DNA of 63,373 bases, counting the filler, from Piptocephalis cylindrospora (lineage: Eukaryota), in NCBI GenBank assembly GCA_003614145.1. It is 6 parts of 6 records of this genome, joined end to end, with 100 filler letters (N's around TTAATTAATTAA, not from the genome) between each part and the next. Parts side by side here need not be neighbours in the genome. Positions count along the whole stretch, not along the records: positions 1 to 10,558 come from KZ988032.1; 5 more parts are not named here. One strand, 5' to 3'. This document shows positions 1 to 10,658 of this stretch, piece after piece. The notes under the pieces are model-generated. The model was not told the origin of the DNA. It saw nothing but the letters and a program-made list of their open reading frames with translations, and did not search any database. A program made the translations under genes and the position numbers. Every line of letters starts with the position of its first letter. The first letter of the stretch is position 1.

Positions 1-1313
1 TTTTGCATCAGTCTGAAGAATACATGTCAAATTTCCCTCCATTTTTCCATCCCCACCTCCCTCGCGAACCCTCCCCTGATTAAGATACCCTTTGATAAGA
101 ATTGATTCCAGTTAAGAACACGTCCCCAAGTCCCATTTTGCCGATCCAAGATTCCTCAAGATAAAGAAAGCCAAACCTTGATTAAGATTTCCAAGACCAA
201 ATTTCAAGCCCTTCTAATTCCATCGTGAGATTCAGATCTCCATTTACAACACAACAATACATTATCATTCTACAGAGAATATCAGTCGTTAATTCAAGAG
301 TGATTGCCCCTCTCCAGAGTAGTCTAATCTAATCCAATAGAGTCAATAATTTGACCTTGTCTGTCTACACTTGCTATTGTTTTAAACTGCTCCCTCCCCC
401 CTTCTTCTCTCCTCTCTCCCCATTGATGACCTTTAAAATATTCAAATTGTGAACGTTATGCAGCTTTGATGCGCTGATTGGAATGGGTGTTATCAAACGC
501 ACATCAGCGTCTGTGACAGTTTGTGTGTAAATCATTTTCCTATTCACTAGTTCGGTGTAGGTATCGTCTTTAAACGCATCCCACGCTACTGAGCCGGGAA
601 GACATTGGCGTGTGAGCTTGATCAGAAAAGCGGATCAGGGGGAAGTATGAAGCGTGCCTATTCTACAACTGCTCTCTCGCCCATCGATGGGTCCCTGGAA
701 ATGGTCACTCTCACACACTGATAGGCTCCTAGAAAGGGTCTCAACTAGGGCTAGAAACGTTTGCCGGGGTGGTTCTTGAAAGAGGCATCTTCACACTCTC
801 CGACGCTTCATATCGGACTTTGAGACCTATTAAATCAGGTGGACCGTCGGGCTTTTATTTCAAGGGAACTGCAAGACTTCGGAGTTTCATTTCTATGAGG
901 GAAAACAGGCGCACAAAGTGCTGATTCTATTACAGCTTTGCCAACATCGTTGGTTGTAAACTCAGCCATTGCTACTTCAGGAGGGATAATCGGCAGGCCA
1001 GAACGAGGCGCCCACTGAATTCTGGGGCTGAGAATGGACGGCTTCCCACCGCAGCCAGTTGTCTATAAAAGGCTACCTGGATTCCTCCGATCAGTTCACG
1101 AATACTCATGTTTTTCTCTCACTTGTTCTTTTCTTCTCTCCCTCTTCACCTTTCCTTTCCTACCTCAACGGGGCTTTTCGCGAGCGAAAATCTACCCTTC
1201 CCGATTTCATCACCAAGCACCTTACCAACCTTGTTCATCGCGTGCGAGAACATACTCCTTCCCCCTATAGCAATTTTCTGCTTTTCAAACCATCGCTTTT
1301 GCCATTCCTTTCG

Positions 1314-2018
1314 ATGAAGAATTCACTCTTCTTATCGGCTCTCTTGGCCATTTTCTTATCCTCCGCCATCTCTCCGGCTTCCTCTGCTCCTACCTCTGGT
1401 CAGTGTTTGAATCAGAAGGAGGCCGAAACTCCTCGCAAAGGCTATCACTGGGATCAACAAAGTTGCTCCTGGGTGCCCGTTAATGATGGGTCCCAAAATA
1501 AAACGGAAGGCCCATGCAAGATGCCCGATACCTACGATCCGAAAAAGTACTCCTGGGACACAACCACTTGCACTGCCGCCAGATCAACACAAGGAGAGAT
1601 AAATAGTAGCGAAGATGAGAATGAGAATGAGGACGAGGACGAGGATGAGAATGAGGACGAGGACGAGGATGAGGATGAGAATGAGGATGAAGATGGGAGT
1701 GAGGACGAGGATGAGGATGAAGATGGGAGTGAGGACGAGGATGAGAATGAGGATGAGGATGAGGATGAGGATGAAGATGAGGATGAGGATGAGGATGAGG
1801 ATGAGGATGAAGATGGGAGTGAGGATGAGGATGAGGATGAAGATGGGAGTGAGGACGAGGATGAGGATGAGGATGAGAATGAGAATGAGGACGAGGACGA
1901 GGATGAGGATGAGAATGAGGATGAGGATGAGGATGGCCCATGCAAGATGCCCGACACCTATGATCCGAAAAAGTATTCCTGGGACACAACCACTTGCACT
2001 GCCGTCAGGTCCGGTTAG
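1314..2018 (+). CDS. Secreted protein with three Cys modules (C-x9-12-Y-x-W-D-x3-C) and a ~105-residue Asp/Glu tract
   Basis: ATG at 1314 opens a signal peptide (MKNSLFLSALLAIFLSSAISPASSA). GPCKMPDTYDPKKYSWDTTTCTA occurs twice, flanking an (ED)n tract, with an earlier divergent module GQCLNQKEAETPRKGYHWDQQSC. TATAAAA lies at about 1064. Confidence 0.8.
   Translation: MKNSLFLSALLAIFLSSAISPASSAPTSGQCLNQKEAETPRKGYHWDQQSCSWVPVNDGSQNKTEGPCKMPDTYDPKKYSWDTTTCTAARSTQGEINSSEDENENEDEDEDENEDEDEDEDENEDEDGSEDEDEDEDGSEDEDENEDEDEDEDEDEDEDEDEDEDEDGSEDEDEDEDGSEDEDEDEDENENEDEDEDEDENEDEDEDGPCKMPDTYDPKKYSWDTTTCTAVRSG
1611..1934 (+). repeat. Coding hexamer tandem repeat (GAGGAT/GAGGAC/GAGAAT) with a higher-order GAAGATGGGAGT unit
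   Basis: Read directly from the sequence; encodes EDEDED with EDGS interruptions. Confidence 0.95.
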
Positions 2019-2854
2019 GAAGCAAAGAATGATAGTGAGGATAACGGCAATCACATAAAGGGTGATGATGAGGATAGCTAAGAGCAGGACTGGCAAACGA
2101 ACAAGTATATGGATAGATCGCGCTTTCACTCCAAGACTTGCGCGTTAGTCCATGTTGCTTAAGATGATCTACCCAATCACCCTAACCCTAACCCTAACGA
2201 CCCTGATGGATTCCTCAGAATCACCTATCCATAAACCTCATTGGCTATCAGAGTATCTATAATACATGGAATTTTAAGTTTCAATCCCTAATGTTCTCAT
2301 GATATTGCAACGGCCAGAAAGTTGATATGTGATATATGTGAAGATGAAAGGAAGAGTGTTTCCAAGTTCAGAGGCAAAGAACGAGAGGTAAGCTGTATGG
2401 TTGAGTTCTTACGAGCGAACAGATTAATGGATCCCTATACGAGAAAGGCCTCAGAACTTGTCCTTATAATAAGGGATTACCGTATATGAATATTGCTCTA
2501 TAAATAAGGTCGCTCTAGGTGGTTCCCCCAATAGGTTTGGATATTAAGTCCTTTTATAGCGGAGTATCCTTCTATAATCGGCTATTCTTCTACGGCTAGA
2601 CCTCTAGCTAGATTTACAGTACATGGTAGTAGAGTGCATTTATCGTGCTCCTCCTTTCCATTCTATAGCTCTTTATAATGGCACCAATAATACCAAGGAA
2701 AACATACATCTCCTACTCATTCAACTTTAACTTGTCGCGCAAAAGAAATATGTAATGAGGAAAATACCTTTTATAAAACGAACACAGAAATCTATCCTTC
2801 TCTACCAAGTTCAATCTCACTAGATGTCACTCCCGGGGCTTGAGCAGGAGCCTA

Positions 2855-5800
2855 TCATAGTGTCTTACCAGACCCAAGTGTGAATTGACAGGTAATCGTC
2901 GCCTGCCTACCTTTTCCTGCACTTGACGGGATTTGCGCTCCCCCACTAGAGAAGTTGGTCATGATCAAAGTGAGCGTCTCTACCATATCCTTCCTTCCTG
3001 CTGCCTGCTCCACGACGAACTTTGCCCTCCCGAGCAATACTATGACAAATGAAAGTAGGTGAGCAAAATGAAAAAAAGCTGCAATATGCCCAATGGATCA
3101 ATCATTTCCAATGCAGCAATCAACATCCCTCCCCCTGCTACACCTACTTACCAGGAGGTTTAAATGTATAGGCATGATACACATCCAAGTAAAGCGTATC
3201 CGAAAGTTGATTTACCGGAAAATCCACAGCCTGTTTCCATGGATCATGTAATAAGAAAGATAAATCAATGATGCATAAAGTGGTCCGCTGATTGATAAAT
3301 CACCACACTAGTACAACATTCCCACCCTTACCTCATCCCAGTGAGGAGCAATGCAGTCGGGGGCTATCGAGGTCTCCATGGTCTTTTCCCTCAAGGTCAC
3401 ACGGACAAAGGGGTTGGTGGTAATCCGTTGTACCCGAGTATCCGGTTGATAGAGCTCAGTGGCCCCTAGGATACGGACGCGAAGTGTTCCTTGTGGACCA
3501 TGAGGAAGGGATGATTGTATGGTCTGACCCATACGATCTAAGGGGATGGGAAGCAATTAGAAAGGCAGACGTCCATAAGCTCATGGGCTTCCTCGTGTTG
3601 CACTTACATTGAAGAAAATGATCCCTCTCTGCTTTTTTGATAGTGGCAATGGCCTTTTCCAGCTCACTCACCCACCTCTTCCTCCCAAGAACTCCACCTT
3701 CGGACTTGACTGTGATCACCACACCAGCGTGATTGATCTGAAAACACGTTTCATCCATGCCCTTCCCCACCCCAACACTCACCCCACCACCACCCTCCCC
3801 AATCATCTTGCCTACATCTCGAACACTAACCTCATTCAATAGAAGGGGCTATATAGAGATCAGAGTAAGATTTTGATCAGCTGAACGGGCCTTTTTCAAA
3901 TCATCTTCTCATGATATACGCCGGAAGCTTCGCTTTCCCACAACACATTCAATGGAACCTAGACTACTTACCTCTCGGTATAGGGTTAAATGGGAGGAAA
4001 AAAGAGGGGGGGAGGCGCCAGTCGAATCGCTCCCTCCGTATGCACTTTGTCCCAATCTTTCTGTCAGGAGTAACACATCGGAGAAGAGAAAGGCTTGCAG
4101 CCTCCGACCGCTCTTTGCCTTGCTTAACCGGCCTTCTAGGAGAAAAGTTCGGGGGCCGAGTCGGTGTGTAACTCCATGTAAATCTAGAGGCTCAGAGAGC
4201 CTGGAGAGATCTACCGCAGCCGACACCTCATCTGCCTTTGCACGGTTCTCTTCTTCTTGAGCTCGTCGGTTCGTCTTTTCTAAAAGACCTTGAGCCGCTT
4301 TTACTGCCTCCTCAAGCTTTGGTTGATCTGGGTGTCCACCTGGAGTGTGTTGCAATATCTACTCCCAAGGATTAAAAAGATGATTGCAAGGTAAAGGGGT
4401 GATTAAGTAGATGGGCCCGTCATACACCAAAGAACACATAGGGAAGAGGTAAGTTTACTTTTACCTACCTGTTTTAAAAGCAAAGGATACCGCGTAAGTC
4501 GTTGCATGGGTTGAAGAAGGAAGCTAAAGAGGTCTAGGTTACGGGACCGAGGATCTTTTTGTAGCTTCTATCATTGTGGTATGGTGAGATCGCAGGAAGC
4601 ATAAGGGTTAGTAGTCAAGATGAAAAAGTACATATCCCAATCAATCGTCTTTGAAATACCTGAAGGACATGGGCCAATGATGAATCTTCCTGCAAACGTC
4701 GTTGCAGGTAAATTGATCCAACACTTTGCCTTCCGCAATATGTTTCAAAATACTGTCCGGTATTTTCCATCTTTGGTAAGAGGAGAGGAATTAAATCAGT
4801 AAAATCCCCCATCCATTCTAGGCCAATGGGTCCAGAAATCTTACATGCTGAAGGAAGAGATCTCCAACGCTGGACATAATCATCCCTCCCTGAAGCTGCC
4901 TCTCCTCCAGCTGACTAAGGAAGAGGGTGCTTCCCGAGAGAATGTCTTCAATCACCGAAAAAATCTCCTGCATATCCTTCTCCGAGAGCATTCGAGAGAG
5001 CTGAGAGCAGTAAAGCTATGTCAAAAATGAGAAGGCGCGTGAGAAATGGTGGCATGGAGACAAGTTACTCCTTCCTAGTAAATCATTCAGCCTGAACATT
5101 AGCGTTTACCTCAACGACCAGTTGAATGTCCCTTAAGAAGGTTTTTTCCGTGAGGATCAATTCAAAGATCCCTTCTTGACGTAGTCGTTCGTTCTTGCCA
5201 ATGCCATCAGACATTTTTTCTCCCACCATACCACCCCAACTCTTTCGCTCTCCTGGAGACGTCTATAATCATTAGGAGGGTAAAGAATAGCATCAGTACT
5301 AGATATTCAGATGGTAATAAGGCGGAAAATGCATACCTCTTGGAGCATGGCGTCCATCAGCATAAACCCACCCGTTCCTTGGCCTAAACTTTCACTACGT
5401 ACGGCCCTTTCCATACCATCCCTCTGGTAAGATAGGCCGATGCCTCCATCACTCACACGTCTTCTCTCCTCTTGAGGTCTGGCCAGGTGGGAAGGAGATG
5501 CTGGTACTGATGCCAGGTTTCCGCCACTATCGGCTCCACTCTCATCAGAGTCGGCGGATATTACTCGGATCACCTCCGGGGTCGAGAAGGTGGGGGAGAA
5601 GGTGGGGCTATGTGTGGGTGAGTACTCTACCCCGTCCGCAAAGGGATCTTCCTCTTCCCTTGCTTCGTCCAAGGGATGCGGAGACTCTATGTCTAGGGAT
5701 AAGCCTAGTGCTCGATCTACCTTGCTAACCCCTCCCTTTCCAAAGGGGTTTTCCTCATCCCCCACATCTTCTTCCTCTGTAGTGTCAGTGCTAGGGTTGG

Positions 5801-8800
5801 TTTCCTCGACTTCGTCCTCGCTCTCCGACGTGTTTGTCCCATCACTGCCCCCCATCCCTTCCGCCTTCATCGGACCCTTCAAGAGAGCCTTTTCCCTAGG
5901 GGCTCTTTGGAAAGGGGATATGGTCAGTATATCATCTATCCAGCGGGATTAATAGAGGGAAAAAGGCCGCGTATAAATATTGCGGGATGAGGGAGGGGGC
6001 ATGAGTCATGGAGTAAAACGGCGGGGGTAGGGTGGTGTAATTGGGTGGATGGGGAAGAGCAAGAAGGATGAAAGGAGGGATGAAGCGGGAGCTGAATGGG
6101 GAAAGGGGAAGAGGGGCGAGGGGATCGCCAGAAAGTGCCAACCACTAGATATATTCTTTGCTCAATGGCTTTCTCCACTCGTCCCCTTCCCCTCGGTCCT
6201 ACTCAACCCGATCCTCCCTATCACCCTCCTTTCATCCCCTTCTCTCATCCCCTCCTCCCTCCTTCCTCGCTTCCGATCAGCCCCATCACAGGACACACAG
6301 ATACAGAGGGAGGGAAGGAAAGGAGAGTGATAGAGAGGAAAAAGATGATTATAAAAAAAAAGGGGGGAAATCAATCCGACGCACCTGTAACCTCTCCCTC
6401 GGAAATGGGCTCGCAATAGGCCTCGGGGACTAAACCTTCCTCGGCGGCCCCGGATGATCCCGTAGATCGACGAACACGGATCCAACCTTCACCATCATCG
6501 GTACCCAGGACCTGTACGACCACTTCATCCTCAGCGACGGTCAATTCATCCGTATCGGTGGCCTCATAGGGATAGAGCATACGAAGACGGGGCTCTATCT
6601 CGGCGGAAGGGACATCTGGGACAGAGGTAGCCCCAGTTTCAGTCGTGGGCACAGAGGAAGAACCAGCGCTAACCATGGAGTACTGCACGTACGTCCGTGG
6701 CACCCAGCCCTCCATAACTCCTCCGGCTTCCCCCTGCTTCCGCCCGTACACCCAATCACTCTCCTCCATCAAACTGGCCTCCTCCACTTCGAGGGCCTCC
6801 CCTTCCGCAAGACCGAGACCTTCAGTATCCACAGCTGTATAATCAAAGAGAGCCAAGGCCTTTTGGAAACCAGGGGTAGGCATGGCATTCCCGCTACCAG
6901 AGGCCGGGGAGGGGCCCTTGGATATGCCTACACTGCCCCCAGATGTGGGGGTGGGAGCCAGGCCCGAGGATGATTGTCCTGATTCTTTGGCTGCCTGGGC
7001 CTTACGCATCACCTCCTCTCGGGCCTTCTTGGCCCCGGCCATGACATCATCTCGTTCTCTTCGTCGGTCCTCCTCTTTGCGACGTTCCTCTTCACGTCGA
7101 CGCTCGTATAGTTCCTTCATCAAGGCCATCTCCTCATCTTCCCGTCTTTGGCCATCTGGGGTAGTATCTTCCTTGGAGGCCTGGGGCCGGGTGGCAGCAG
7201 CGATAAACCTCTTGGTCTCATTGGTTGGAAGAGGGGGGGAGGTGGCAGACATCATACGCTTAAAGGGATTCCTCTCCCCAAGGGCCTCGCCCCCACTTTC
7301 ACTCTCGTCACCCTCATCTTTATGAGCAGTGGGGGCCTTGGCCTCCTTCCTGGATGAGGTAGGAGAGGGGCTGGGAGTACTACCGGTGGCGCGAAGAAAA
7401 GCCTCTCGATCCCTCATTCGTTTTTCCGCTTCTTCTTCTAGAATCTTCTGACGTTCTTCCTTATTCCCTGCCCGGGCAAGACGATCGGCCATGCTTTCCT
7501 CCTGATTTTTGGCAGCCAAAGAACTCTTAGCCCTCTCCTCTTCCTCTTCCTCCGGGGCCCTAGAGGATCTGGGGGATCGGGGAGGGGATTCAGTGGGGAT
7601 GCTCAAGGCAGCCATGCGCGCAGCCAGCCTTTCTTCCGCCAATCTCCGAACACGTTGCTCCTCGGTCTCCCCAGGCCTGGCTTTTCGTCGTTCTTGCTCC
7701 TCCTCTTTGGCGCGGGACTCGCGGTCCTGGCGACGCTTCTCCATCTCGGCATATTTGGCTTCCCTCTCCTTTTCCTCCTCTTGCCTCCTCTCGCGATCCA
7801 TTCGTTCCCGAAGGCCCTCCTCTCCCTTTTCCTTGAGGGTTTGGGCATACATGGTCCCGTCCTCCTCGTCATCCGAGTCACTTTCCTCGTAATCCACCTC
7901 AAGGGAGCCCTTTTTCCAGCCTGATCCCTTGCTTCCCTTGCTCCCTTTGCTCTTACCCTTGTCCTCAGATCTTTCCTCCATCCACCGTCGATCCTCCTCC
8001 TCCTGTTTCTTTCGCCTCCCATCATTGGACTCACGGCCCTGGTGCTTCCATTGACTCTCAATCCGATGGATCCACCGCTCTAGTTCCTCAACACGCCTTC
8101 TTACCTTCCTCTCCTCCACCCTCGCTTCTAATTCCTCCTTAGTGGCATAGGAAATGCTAGGGTCACCAACTTTATACTGGACGGTCTCGAGAATGACCCG
8201 TTGCTCCCCAAGCTCCTTTCTCCATCGGGCCACCTTGTTCTCCTCCGTCTCTCCTTCTGCCTTCCTTCCTCCACGTCCCCGGTCATCCTCCACCTTGACC
8301 CAGGCCTGTCCCTTGCTCGATGGGGTCTCAAGTCCCCCTGTTCCCCATCGATCGGTAGTACTACGAAGGCTGGCCCAAGGATCCCGGGATTTGGAGGATT
8401 CACGGGAAGGGATGGCCCTACGGGCCTTGCTAGTGTAAGCGGTTTCCGCTTCGAAATCCTGATCGGACTCCCGACCAGAAGTGATCATCCTCCGAGTACG
8501 AGATTCGCTATTCCTGGAACGACTGGTATCAGGGAAGCCCGCATCATAGGATCCGTACCGGTCATGAGCATCATGGAGAGGACCCATCTTTGGGACACGG
8601 GTAGGGGCGTCCCAGTCATCAGCAGGACGACGGGTACTTCCCCGACTCGGCCCAGATCCGGACCTGGCTCCGACATAGGCTCCACCGGTGTGGCGCTGAT
8701 GCATGATGTCCTCGACCAGATCGGCCTTGAGGCTAGAGACGGAGGAGGTGAGGTTGCGAGTGGAGGGGGGGATGAGCTCGGGGGTAAGACGGACGGGAAG

Positions 8801-10189
8801 GGGCTTCCCAGAGAGGACCTCGTGGGTCAGATGCATGGCAACGGCAAATTCATCAGCATTCAATCGACCATGATTGTGGGTGTCTGCCAGGGCCCAGATC
8901 TTCTCTAGTGATTGAGGACCTAGACCAGTCTGCATGAAGATCTCCTTGGCGCGTTCACCACCCAAATATCCGGTGCCATTGTCCCAGGCCCGGAAGATCT
9001 GATCGTACCCGGCTTTTTGTTCGGGGGTGACGACCCAAGGAATATTTTCCGTAGGGTAAAATCCAGAAGAGGGGGGAGGAGGGGGAGGTTGGAAGGATGG
9101 AGGGGGTGCATGACTTACTCCTCCACCCATTCCCCCGGTCGGGACCATGGCCCCGGTCATGGAGCTGGAGGAGTAAGAGGTTTGCATGGATCCCTGTTGA
9201 CCTTGGGAAGGTCCCATGAGGCCTGGGTGGCCTTGGCTTTGCGGCACGGGCGAAGAGGCCATGTCGATGAGGGAAGAGGGAGGTCCAGGGGTACGAGCCC
9301 TATCCGGTTGATTCGGGTTACCCACTGGGGTAAGAACATGAGCAACGGCCTTGTGCAGTTCATTCAGTTGATCAGACGTCAGGGAAGGAGGGGGGGCGTT
9401 TTGACGATCCTTGGCCTGCTGAGCAGTGAGGTAAAGGGCAACAGCAAACTCGGGGAAGGTAAGCTGACCGGAAGATTTCACATCAGCCAGAGACCTGGAG
9501 GAAGGGAGATGGAGAGGAGGTTTGAGACGTGGATCCTGATACAGTGCAAAGAAAGAAAAAGGGAACGTTGGATCTTACCAGATACGAGCAAGGCGATCCG
9601 AGGGAAGCTTGGAGCGCATGAGGATTTCCTTGGCCTTTTCAGTAGAGATGTACACACCATCCGAGGTATGCTCGGAGAATAGAATTTCAAACTTGCTCTG
9701 GTCAGCCTGGGTCAAATAGGAGATGCGGCCCGAATATGGAGAGGAGGGACGGGAGAGGTTGGCGTAAGGATTAGCTTGGGGAGGTCCGGAGGTAGAAAGA
9801 CCCGAGCTAGTGAAGCCGGTGGCCGAGGCGGGGCGAGGCGGAGGGGCCAGGGGATCAAAGACATGAAGGGACGATGACTGCTGGGTGTAGGCGGCAGTAG
9901 TCATCATATTGGGGTGACCCCCGTATCCCGCACCGCCGGAGAGGAAGGGTGCCTGCTGGTGCTGCTGCTGCTGCTGACCGGGGGGAGGATGAGTAGGCTG
10001 AGGCGCGATGGTCAAGGCCAGTTGCGGTGCCTGCTGTTGAGAACCTTGGGCAGAGTAGTAACCCTGACCACCCTGGTTCATGGGAGGAGGAGGGGGCTGT
10101 TGCCCTCCCTGTCCTGAGTAATACCCTTGACCACCCTGGTTGGTGGGAGGGGGGTTGTTGGGGTTGTAGCCTCCGCCTCCGTAGTACAT
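2855..10189 (-). CDS. Intersectin-like endocytic scaffold (EH, EH, coiled coil, SH3, SH3, RhoGEF DH, PH, C2), multi-exon
   Basis: EH motifs IW-SLADVKSSGQLTFPEF (intron 9495-9578) and IWALADTHNHGRLNADEF; two SH3 domains (ALALFDY..GWVPRTYV, LRMLYPY..GLVPEAYC); DH (RQEGIFELILTEKTFLRDI, FLLQPMQRLTRYPLLLKQ); PH; C2 (GTLRVRILGATEL). GT-AG introns traced in frame through the DH domain; the PH/C2 junctions were checked less closely. NPF motifs present. Confidence 0.85.
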
Positions 10190-10558
10190 GTCTTTGGGTG
10201 GGTGGAAGGGTAAGGGAGGGCTGGGTAACGGGCCTGGCCAAGTAAGGCGGGCTAAGGCGGGCTAGGTGAATGGGGGGAGTATGGAAAGGTCAAGAATGGA
10301 TGAGGAAAGAAAGGGAGGAAGGGAGAGAGTGAGTAGGTGAGGGAGGAACGGCTATTGGAAAGGAGGGGAGAAGGGTAGAGATGGGCGAGTAATCGTTGGT
10401 GAGAGGAGAGAAGAAGGGGTTCAGTTGTCAAGGGTGGGAGGAATAGGGCGAGTGGTGGAAGGGGTGAATGGGATGAACTGGGCTGAGCCCTTATGTATGA
10501 GAAACTGATGTTGAGTCTAACAAAGGGCCAGGCAAGGCAGTGGGGGGGGGGGGGGGGG

Positions 10559-10658
10559 NNNNNNNNNNNNNNNNNNNNNNNNNNNNNNNNNNNNNNNNNN
10601 NNTTAATTAATTAANNNNNNNNNNNNNNNNNNNNNNNNNNNNNNNNNNNNNNNNNNNN
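10559..10658. other. Artificial contig-joining spacer
   Basis: 44 N + TTAATTAATTAA (stops in all six frames) + 44 N. Confidence 0.99.

Noticed and set aside
1..420. AT-rich CAAGAT-rich stretch that might be an LTR remnant
   Set aside because: No second copy, PBS or coding relic within the window to support it.
1480..2129. Poly-HP, poly-S, poly-IL and poly-MR ORFs
   Set aside because: These are the other reading frames of the GAGGAT repeat; only the ED frame has a signal peptide and flanking domains.
2180..2197. (CCCTAA)3 telomere-like repeat
   Set aside because: Only three internal copies, reading as PNPNPN in the decayed frame; not a chromosome end.
2016..2234. Alternative genetic code (TAA/TAG = Gln)
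   Set aside because: Hsp70 (EEVD-TAA), Cdc42 (CLML-TAA) and G-gamma (CTVM-TAG) use these codons as true stops, and conserved genes have no in-frame TAR.
10603..10614. TTAATTAATTAA palindrome repeated every ~10.5 kb
   Set aside because: A synthetic all-frame stop linker, not a biological motif or CRISPR repeat.
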